Source of the DNA: Trypanosoma brucei
Taxonomy: Eukaryota
Assembly (NCBI GenBank): GCA_000002445.1
Contig: CM000207.1
Location: 896,001-960,000 of the forward strand
Reading direction: 5' to 3'
Length of the DNA: 64,000 nucleotides
The notes below the pieces were generated by a model. The model did no database searches and had not been told where the DNA came from. It worked only from the letters and a program-made list of their open reading frames with translations. Below, piece by piece: positions 39,709-48,347 of the stretch (position 1 is its first letter; every line of letters starts with the position of its first letter). The position numbers and the translations under genes are program-made.

Positions 39709-40570
39709 AAAAGGAAAATAAAAAACAAACTAACAGACAAAGAGGTATTTCCCCCTCGCAATCCCTCAAAGCGGGTGGTAAAGCAGGGAAAATAAGCAAG
39801 GCGTCTTTGTTCCGAATAAAAGGTTGGTACCCAAATAAGCAATTAACAGTCGCCATATAGTTCCTGTCTGTTTTTAATTCACTTTACGTCTCTTAGTTTT
39901 TGAGCTGAATGTTCTCACCGCCCCTTCTCCTTCCCTTGGACTTTCGCGTCTGCCATTCCCCCACAGGGCGTAACGTTGGAACCTCCTACAATCAGATACA
40001 ACCACAATGGAAGTGTTTTGAATGCGTTGGTCGGACCGAGTTATCGTAAATCCCATCTAAAAAGGAGTAAAAGAGGAGGAAGATAGCAAAAGAAAAGCCA
40101 TGGAAAAGACAGGAAAAAAAGGAATGAAGTGAGGAAACGGAAGGGGAAGTGCGTATTTGGGTTAAATACTATAATTATATTGTGTGACATTCTTTTTTTT
40201 TTTTTTAGTGCGTGTGTGGTTGTTTGTCGGGGGTTCAAGGGAGGGGGGAAGGGGGGAAAGAGAAAACACAAAGAAAAAACAAATAAACATTAAAGGAAGA
40301 TGCAAAGAAGTGCAGGAGATGGTAGTGGCGTGGATGTTCGGAAGCGAAAATGATAATAACAATGATAATGATAATGGTAATGCGCAAACGAAGTAAACGA
40401 GAAGGGATGGCTTCCGCATATCTCTTTTCGGTCTCATCTTCCCTGAAAACAAAGTTTCCTTGTTATTACTCGTCTGGTTCCATATTTCATCCTTTTCATT
40501 ACACTACCTGTATGTGGCCAAGTATCCGCTGTTAAATTTTGTTAGCGCCATGTCCACAGTTACATTCTGT

Positions 40571-40626
40571 GTCCCGTATTTCTCCTTGAACTTCTGCTAC
40601 TTTCCTCCTCTTGTGTTTTGGTACAG
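40571..40626 (+). promoter_or_regulatory. Polypyrimidine tract plus AG acceptor upstream of TXNPx copy 1 (duplicated at 42818-42873 for copy 2)
   Basis: gtcccgtatttctccttgaacttctgctactttcctcctcttgtgttttggtacag. AG at 40625-40626, about 120 nt before the ATG. Confidence 0.55.
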
Positions 40627-40745
40627 AAAAAGCAACTCATAGCTAGCAAGTCAGTTTTTCACCAGCTAACTTCAAGTATTCGGCATATACCCATATCAAG
40701 GTAAAAAGGGAGAAAAAGAAAAAAGAAATAAAGATACAATTAAAC

Positions 40746-41345
40746 ATGTCCTGCGGTGATGCGAAACTCAACCACCCTGCGCCTCACTTCAATGAGGTGG
40801 CGCTGATGCCTAATGGCACTTTCAAGAAAGTTGATCTCGCCTCTTACAGGGGAAAGTGGGTGGTACTATTCTTTTATCCTCTCGACTTCACGTTTGTGTG
40901 CCCTACTGAAATCTGCCAATTCTCTGACCGCGTGAAGGAGTTCAACGACGTCGATTGTGAGGTTATTGCATGCTCAATGGACAGCGAATTCTCACATCTT
41001 GCATGGACAAATGTTGAACGCAAGAAGGGTGGATTGGGGACGATGAACATTCCCATCCTCGCTGATAAAACGAAATCAATCATGAAGGCTTATGGTGTAC
41101 TTAAGGAGGAAGACGGTGTTGCATACCGCGGTCTTTTCATCATTGACCCCCAACAGAACCTTCGTCAAATTACCATCAACGATCTTCCAGTTGGTCGTAA
41201 TGTTGACGAAACACTTCGACTTGTGAAGGCCTTCCAGTTTGTGGAAAAACACGGTGAGGTGTGCCCCGCTAACTGGAAACCTGGAAGCAAGACAATGAAG
41301 GCTGATCCCAACGGATCCCAAGATTACTTCAGCAGCATGAACTAA
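40746..41345 (+). CDS. TXNPx: Tryparedoxin peroxidase (cytosolic typical 2-Cys peroxiredoxin), copy 1
   Basis: 199 aa. Peroxidatic Cys context FTFVCPTEI and resolving Cys context [12 protein letters not shown]. The whole protein is the 2-Cys Prx fold ([10 protein letters not shown]...[25 protein letters not shown]). Confidence 0.92.
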   Translation: MSCGDAKLNHPAPHFNEVALMPNGTFKKVDLASYRGKWVVLFFYPLDFTFVCPTEICQFSDRVKEFNDVDCEVIACSMDSEFSHLAWTNVERKKGGLGTMNIPILADKTKSIMKAYGVLKEEDGVAYRGLFIIDPQQNLRQITINDLPVGRNVDETLRLVKAFQFVEKHGEVCPANWKPGSKTMKADPNGSQDYFSSMN

Positions 41346-42992
41346 AATGGACTTGTTTCTAAGTTTGCAGTGTATTTCGTTCCTTTCACGAAGCGAGTCA
41401 CGCTGTTTTGGGAGTTCCTGTAGGAGCAATTACGGAAGCACATAAAATTTTCTATAGCCATGAAGAGGAGGATTACCTCCTGTAACGATGGGGTGATGCT
41501 TTCCCTTTTCGTGGTTTAATGCAAGACAGGGAGAGAATTACTATATATATATATATTTTCGTATTGAATATTAAGGTTACGATTTTTGTCACTATCTTTT
41601 TTTTTTATGGCACTGCAGTGTCTTATTGTTTGACTTCGTTCGAGTGCCGCAGCGTGGGAAAGGCAATGTGAAACACGAAAGGAAGGATAAACTTATAGGG
41701 TATTAGGAGTGAAAAATAGGGAAAAAGAGAATAGGCGGGGAGCCTGCTCAGTTTTAGCGAGAAGGCGTTGATATATGTCCGTCGGCAACTCTCATTTTCT
41801 TTCTTCTTTTTTTTTCCTTCTTTGCGTGTTTGCCAGTAGCTAACTCAACAAGATGCTTGTGCTTGTGATTTCGCACTTCACTATGAAGTCTGAGAAGGGG
41901 TTTAGCGATGGGTTCCTCCCAATACTGGGTCATCTCATTTTACACCATGCCTTGCCGATTTTTTTTTGTTCCTTTCCTCTCCACCCACCATTTACCCCTG
42001 GATCCTTACTTTTACCTTCCCCTTCCCTACATGCAAAAGCACAAACCTGTAATTGGTGCAGCTGAAGTAACGGAATAGGGTTTAAATACCCCCAATAGAT
42101 AAGTGCAAAACATACTTGTTACTCACCTATGTTAGTCCACTTGGATAAATGGTGGAAAAGCAAGGCCCATCGTCGCATAAAAGGTGCTCGCGGGGCCCGT
42201 TTTGCGAGTCTTAAGTTTCATGTTCTATTCCTTGGCAGTGTTATTTGTTTTGTTGAGTGGGTGATGCGATCGACTGACTGCTACGAGGATCCCTCTTACC
42301 ATATTGCTCCACCACCAGTCGCGCCTCCTCCACCGTTGGCTGCGTCGATTGGATATGCACTGAGTCGGGAAATGCCACATCTGCGTGTCATGGAACTAGA
42401 GAAAGGGATACCGTCACATTTACCGAAGACGCGGGGTGTTGACTACGTGTTGCTGCGAAGCGAAGGGAGGTTTGTTTAACACCTCAGGTGCACAACATAT
42501 ATATATATATATATGTTTGTGCTAGTGTTACCGTGTTCATCAAGTTTATGTGCATGCAATTTGGTTAGTGGTTTACTTAGGAAGGGGACAACATTTTGTA
42601 CGCAACGTAAGTCGCTTCACTCCTTTGTGAGGGCCAAACCCCCACTCAGGATCTCGCAATGGCGTAAGTGAATAAAAACTGGCAATAACCGCTCTTGTTT
42701 AATTTTACTCTGATTCGCATCTGGACTTCCTCCCCTCTGCACCGTTTCTCTTATGACCGAGAGGTATGTGGTCAAGCACACAATTTTGTTAGCGCCATGT
42801 CCACAGTTACATTCTGTGTCCCGTATTTCTCCTTGAACTTCTGCTACTTTCCTCCTCTTGTGTTTTGGTACAGAAAAAGCAACTCATAGCTAGCAAGTCA
42901 GTTTTTCACCAGCTAACTTCAAGTATTCGGCATATACCCATATCAAGGTAAAAAGGGAGAAAAAGAAAAAAGAAATAAAGATACAATTAAAC

Positions 42993-43592
42993 ATGTCCTG
43001 CGGTGATGCGAAACTCAACCACCCTGCGCCTCACTTCAATGAGGTGGCGCTGATGCCTAATGGCACTTTCAAGAAAGTTGATCTCGCCTCTTACAGGGGA
43101 AAGTGGGTGGTACTATTCTTTTATCCTCTCGACTTCACGTTTGTGTGCCCTACTGAAATCTGCCAATTCTCTGACCGCGTGAAGGAGTTCAACGACGTCG
43201 ATTGTGAGGTTATTGCATGCTCAATGGACAGCGAATTCTCACATCTTGCATGGACAAATGTTGAACGCAAGAAGGGTGGATTGGGGACGATGAACATTCC
43301 CATCCTCGCTGATAAAACGAAATCAATCATGAAGGCTTATGGTGTACTTAAGGAGGAAGACGGTGTTGCATACCGCGGTCTTTTCATCATTGACCCCCAA
43401 CAGAACCTTCGTCAAATTACCATCAACGATCTTCCAGTTGGTCGTAATGTTGACGAAACACTTCGACTTGTGAAGGCCTTCCAGTTTGTGGAAAAACACG
43501 GTGAGGTGTGCCCCGCTAACTGGAAACCTGGAAGCAAGACAATGAAGGCTGATCCCAACGGATCCCAAGATTACTTCAGCAGCATGAACTAA
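42993..43592 (+). CDS. TXNPx: Tryparedoxin peroxidase, copy 2 (nucleotide-identical to copy 1)
   Basis: The CDS is identical to 40746-41345 at the nucleotide level, and so is about 211 bp of 5' flank. The repeat offset is 2247 bp. Confidence 0.92.
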   Translation: MSCGDAKLNHPAPHFNEVALMPNGTFKKVDLASYRGKWVVLFFYPLDFTFVCPTEICQFSDRVKEFNDVDCEVIACSMDSEFSHLAWTNVERKKGGLGTMNIPILADKTKSIMKAYGVLKEEDGVAYRGLFIIDPQQNLRQITINDLPVGRNVDETLRLVKAFQFVEKHGEVCPANWKPGSKTMKADPNGSQDYFSSMN

Positions 43593-44659
43593 AATGTGTC
43601 TCGTTTTAATTTTTGTTTTGACTTCTACCTGTGATTTATTATTAATTGTTTTGTTGGGTCGTTCTTCTGGTGTATACAAGGTTTTGTCGTCTCTCCTGTG
43701 TGCCTTACCGGCTTTACTGTTCGTGACGCGTTAAAGCAGCCGCGGAGTGAACAAGTAGCGGTGTTTGGGAAATGGGTTTGGCGGCACTGGATTTACTTTT
43801 CCCTTCCCCCTCTGAGTTTTTTAGCGATCTTTACTTGTTTCCTTTTTGATTGCCCATCACTGCCACTGATATGATACTCACGTTATTCTATTGTGAGATG
43901 TATCAGGTGTGCTGGAAACGCTTTCAGTGGTTCTGATGTTGTAGGGTAAACGATTTCGGCGGCTTTATATCTAAGTTCCACTATGTATGAGGATACTTTG
44001 CATTACTTATATATACATATCTATACTTTTCGTTTTATCTCTTTTTTTTTCTAATTTACCACAATATGTTCGATTTCCCACATGTGTAGACACGCCATTA
44101 GGGAGGCGGAAAGCGAAAGCGTGCGTAATATTTATGTGGGGAAGCGTGGTAAGTTTGATTTGGATAGCCAGTCGGGAACAAATGACGAGGTCTCGGGAAG
44201 GGAAAGGGGAAACGGATGGAGAAGTACAAACTTTTAACGTGTGGTGACTGCATTTTTTTTTCCTTTGAGGGAAGACAGGGAGTTAACTGACACACCGAGA
44301 ATGGTGACGGAAACTATTCCAGTCACACGAACACCAGGGAGGGTATATGCTCGTCGCACTTTTCTTGTGCCCCCGCTGCATATATGCGTGTGTGCATGTA
44401 TAGTAGGTAATCTCTTTCTACTTCATCGCTTCTTGCATTTACATTGTCGTTTTTGTATTATTATTATTATTTTTTTTTTTTTTTGGTATACGTGATTGTA
44501 TACATTTGTACGCACGCGCCGGATGGTGATAATTTTTGTAGAAGTAAGGAGATAACTGGAGTAGGAAGCCCAGACGTGAAGTGTTGCGCCCGATCAGGCC
44601 TTCACGCACTGGATTTATTTTTCTTTTGGCGTTTACTTCTCGACGGTGCCTCTGGGTGG

Positions 44660-46036
44660 ATGTATGGCATTAGTGAAGATGGTGGGGCTTTTGCTGAGTG
44701 TTATTTTGCACAGTACCCACTAGGAATGGGCAAAACGCCACCACCGCCATTTGTTCGCGAAGCGGTTCTTGCCCTACGGAAACATACAGACCGCTCTCCA
44801 CCTTCTTCTACAGATAAATCGCTAGCACTTGTACCGGCGACGGCAGCACTTTCGAGTCACGAAGCCACAGAGGGTAATGTTTCGGGTAATTCGGACAAGC
44901 TTGCGCAAACAACGGAGAGGACACGTGAGGCGTTAGAACTGGTGTTGCAGGAGCGCCGGAAAGAAGAGGAAGAAAGGGACTTCAGTGGCCGAAACCTAAA
45001 GCGTGGCCAGCGAAAAAAGCCAGCACTTGAGTTGACCCTCTCCGCTGACGTTGCAGCCGTTGGGATGCACGACCCGGCACCCATTGTGCGATCTCCTACC
45101 AAAGTCCCAAAAGAGCCAGCAGATTTCTCCGGCGATCGTAATGGAAATACATCTTCTGCCAGTACCACCGTCGTGCCGTTCAGCATTAGCAACTGGAAGA
45201 ATAAACGCAAGTTGATCATATCCCTGGAGCAGCGCATTGCTCAGCACGCCGAGGCTCGACCGGTGGGTGGTGAGAGTATTAGCGATAATGTGATGCAGCT
45301 GGCCGTTGCGATGCAGCAGGCAAGAAAAGAGGTGGAAGCCGAACAACTTGCCCGTGAGAAGGCGCGAATGGAAGAAGAGGAACGACGGCAGGCGGAGCGG
45401 GAGGCCGAAGCTACCCAGCGGGCGAAAGAAATACTGGAGAAAACGGCATCAGATGCATTGCATTCATCAGGTGACAGAAAGAAAGAAACTCGAGAAGAAC
45501 GGCTTGAGCGTATTCGGCTGGAGAGGGAGCTGCGGGAGCGAGAGAAGCAGCAAGAATTGCGGCAACGTCGTTTGGCCAAGGCTGCCACGCGCTTAGGCAT
45601 GTCAGTGGAGGCGCTTGAAGCCGATGAGGAACTGTTGAAGAATATTGATAACCCAACAACTACCCGTATTGGCGCTGGTTCCGACTATATTTGCCCTCCT
45701 AGTGGTGGCGGCGTATCGACAGGGAACAAAGCCGCTGGAGCAGGCCAAAGTGAATATGGTGAGCGCCCGCCAACGCTACACGCTGACGAATTGGAGGAGG
45801 ACACTCGCCCCCCTGGAACCTGCGGCATCCGTAAAGGTGTTTTTGGCTCAGCGGTCATAAGTAACGAGGGTATCCGTCGCGAGATGGAAGCACTGGCTAA
45901 GTTGGAAGAGGGAGGGAGTGAGCCAAAGGATGGGCTGCGGCTTGTCGGTGACGATGACCTGTCAAGCGGCGATGATGAAGATGATGGGTTAGGAATGGAC
46001 AAACTCATGAAGAAGAAAAAGAAGCGCCGTCTGTAG
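44660..46036 (+). CDS. SNW/SKIP-domain spliceosomal protein (Prp45/SNW1 homologue)
   Basis: N-terminal MYGISEDGGAFAECYFAQYPLGMGK aligns with human SNW1 LLEDFGDGGAFPEIHVAQYPLDMGRKK. The invariant SNWKN signature is present (VPFSISNWKNKRKLIISLEQRIAQ). An R/E-rich helical region and a polybasic C-terminus (KKKKKRRL) are typical of the family. The ORF-track start at 44444 (TTG) lies inside the upstream poly-T splice tract. The first ATG after the tract and AG is 44660. Confidence 0.7.
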   Translation: MYGISEDGGAFAECYFAQYPLGMGKTPPPPFVREAVLALRKHTDRSPPSSTDKSLALVPATAALSSHEATEGNVSGNSDKLAQTTERTREALELVLQERRKEEEERDFSGRNLKRGQRKKPALELTLSADVAAVGMHDPAPIVRSPTKVPKEPADFSGDRNGNTSSASTTVVPFSISNWKNKRKLIISLEQRIAQHAEARPVGGESISDNVMQLAVAMQQARKEVEAEQLAREKARMEEEERRQAEREAEATQRAKEILEKTASDALHSSGDRKKETREERLERIRLERELREREKQQELRQRRLAKAATRLGMSVEALEADEELLKNIDNPTTTRIGAGSDYICPPSGGGVSTGNKAAGAGQSEYGERPPTLHADELEEDTRPPGTCGIRKGVFGSAVISNEGIRREMEALAKLEEGGSEPKDGLRLVGDDDLSSGDDEDDGLGMDKLMKKKKKRRL

Positions 46037-46612
46037 CGGCACAATTGTTTCTTCTTCCAGTGTGTATACTTGTGTGGTCGTTCCTTATTTGTTACTTCCC
46101 TTTGGCAGTGTTGGAGTTCTTTATGAGGGTACAGACATCTGGCTCTGCTTTAGGTTGTGTTTGGTTGAGCGTTTTTTTTTTTTTAGAATTCCTTTTCCGT
46201 TGGGTATTCCCATTTCCTCTTTCTGTTGAACTGTTTTTTTTTCTCCATCATAAGAAAAGGGAGAAGAGTTGTAGGGCTAGTGTGTGAAGAGTTTGTTTAC
46301 CAATAGGAGACACACACTTGAGGAAATAAAAGACGCGTATCGTACGGCAGGTAATTAAAGGCTAAAGTGTAATAGACGGATACAAGAAAGTGTGTGGACT
46401 CAGATCACTCTCACGGGCTCGCACACTCTCTGCATTACAATATTTTTCTTTTTATCACTGTCCTCCATTGGATTTTGGTATTGTCACTACTCTTGACATC
46501 ACGGGCCACCAGACATATTTAACCGGACCTAGCCTCGGCTAACTGTTTAATACACCGAAGACGACGACGGAGGACGCTTAAATCTTCGTGTTGTTTCTTT
46601 CGGCGTGTTGTA

Positions 46613-47692
46613 ATGCACCGTGCTAATATTATATTACGCACTGCGGTCACGGCCGCCAATGCCAATGCCGTATTGACAGGGGAAGGTCGGCCCTTCTCTA
46701 TGGTGACACGGGAGGTTAAGGCCATGCAGAATCACATTTCCAGCCTTGTCGCTAACAAGGAAAATGAAGTGCTGGATTACGCCGGTAAGTACGTGCTGTC
46801 GTCTGGGGGAAAGCTGCTGCGGCCCACATTAGTAGCAATGATGGCCCATGCACTCGTGCCGCCGCACATGAGTCAGCAGTTTCAGGCCAGTGATATTGGA
46901 TCACTAGACGATATTCCTTCCGGCACGATCCGCCCCTTTTTGCGGCTTGGGGAGGTTACAGAACTTATACACACCGCTGCGTTGGTACACGATGATGTGA
47001 TTGACGATAGTGAGATGCGCCGCGGGAAGCCTGCACTGCATTGCGTGCACGATGTCAAGCGTGCCGTGCTCGCGGGTGACTTCCTGCTAGCGCGGGCCTC
47101 ACTGTGGATTGCTTCCCTATGTGTCCCTCGCATAGTGGTGTTGATGACCACAGCTTTAGAGGACTTAACGCGTGGGGAGATGATGCAAATGGAGGGCTGC
47201 TTTGATCTTGAAAGGTACGAAGAGAAGACGTACTGTAAGACGGGTTCGCTTATTGCTAATTCCCTAGCAGCCACGGCGGTGCTTGCGGATCCCTCGAACT
47301 CTGCCCATGAAGTCGCTGCTGGGGAGTATGGCAGGCGGTTAGGCATTGCATTTCAAATCGTGGACGACTGCCTCGACATCACAGGAGATGAAAAAAACCT
47401 TGGAAAACGGACAATGGTGGATATGAAGGCAGGAATCGCCACCTTACCCACTCTTCTCGCCGCGAGGCAGGACAGTAAAGTGGATGCCGCAGTGCGCCGC
47501 CGCTTTAAGGAGCCCGGCGACGCGGAGATTTGTGTGGAGGCTATCGAGCGTCACGGTTGTGTTATGGAGGCGTTACAGCACGCAGATCAGCACTGCCGAC
47601 GTGGCATTGCGGCGCTACGCACTCTGCATGAGTCGCCTGCTCGTGAGCGGCTAGAAGCGGCGATGAATCTCCTCCTGACACGGGAATTGTGA
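46613..47692 (+). CDS. SPPS: trans-Polyprenyl diphosphate synthase (solanesyl-diphosphate synthase type, ubiquinone side chain)
   Basis: First Asp-rich motif LIHTAALVHDDVIDDSEMRRGKP and second Asp-rich motif FQIVDDCLDITGDEKNLGK. GKxxR and KT motifs are present. The 359-aa length fits a long-chain E-polyprenyl synthase. Confidence 0.85.
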   Translation: MHRANIILRTAVTAANANAVLTGEGRPFSMVTREVKAMQNHISSLVANKENEVLDYAGKYVLSSGGKLLRPTLVAMMAHALVPPHMSQQFQASDIGSLDDIPSGTIRPFLRLGEVTELIHTAALVHDDVIDDSEMRRGKPALHCVHDVKRAVLAGDFLLARASLWIASLCVPRIVVLMTTALEDLTRGEMMQMEGCFDLERYEEKTYCKTGSLIANSLAATAVLADPSNSAHEVAAGEYGRRLGIAFQIVDDCLDITGDEKNLGKRTMVDMKAGIATLPTLLAARQDSKVDAAVRRRFKEPGDAEICVEAIERHGCVMEALQHADQHCRRGIAALRTLHESPARERLEAAMNLLLTREL

Positions 47693-48347
47693 GCGCATCA
47701 TTTTTACTCTTTCTTCCCTCCCCCCCCCACACACTCGGCAACAGTTCCCCCTCTCTGTTAAGATCTGCTGCGATTTGGTTCAGCGACATTTTATTTGTAG
47801 GCCCGTGCCACCTTTTCCTTCCAAGTTTTGGTTCTATGGATAACATGAATACGTGTAATTCGTCCACACTTGTCCTACATTTTTGTTCCTTTTCAATTTT
47901 GTTTACCCTGTACTGTTAATCCGCATTGGCGCGCTTTGGAGAGTTACATGAGGGAAGAGAGGCGCTTGTGTCTTATTTCTTATTCCAATCTGTTGCAGGA
48001 TTGTGCGTGGATTTAGGCCTCCCCGTATCGTCCGTCGTTGGATCCTGGTTTAGTATCTGCTGTCACTATTTTGCACCCTTTTACCTTTTTTCTGGTGTCC
48101 CATTTGTTAAGTTGGCTGTAATCGGCTTTTAAACCTCAAGGCGCTTTGAAAGAATAGTTTACAACTTTGTTTCCTATTGAACCATTCGTTTAGTACTGTC
48201 AAAGGAAGCAAAGGTGTGAAGAAGAAGAAAGGACAAAAAACCGAAGAAGCGTATTATTTATTCATCTATTTATTTATTAGTTAGTGATACCACGCAGATT
48301 CAATATCGAAGCATTGATCAACCGTGATTGAACATTTAAAAAAATCA

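Larger units (their letters stand above)
40535..43596 (+). repeat. Tandem segmental duplication: 815-bp units at 40535-41349 and 42782-43596 (5' flank plus TXNPx CDS plus 4 nt past the stop), separated by a 1432-bp unique spacer
   Basis: By reading, the two units are base-for-base identical from aattttgttagcgcc through ...agcatgaactaaaatg. They diverge immediately after (g at 41350 against t at 43597). Confidence 0.85.
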
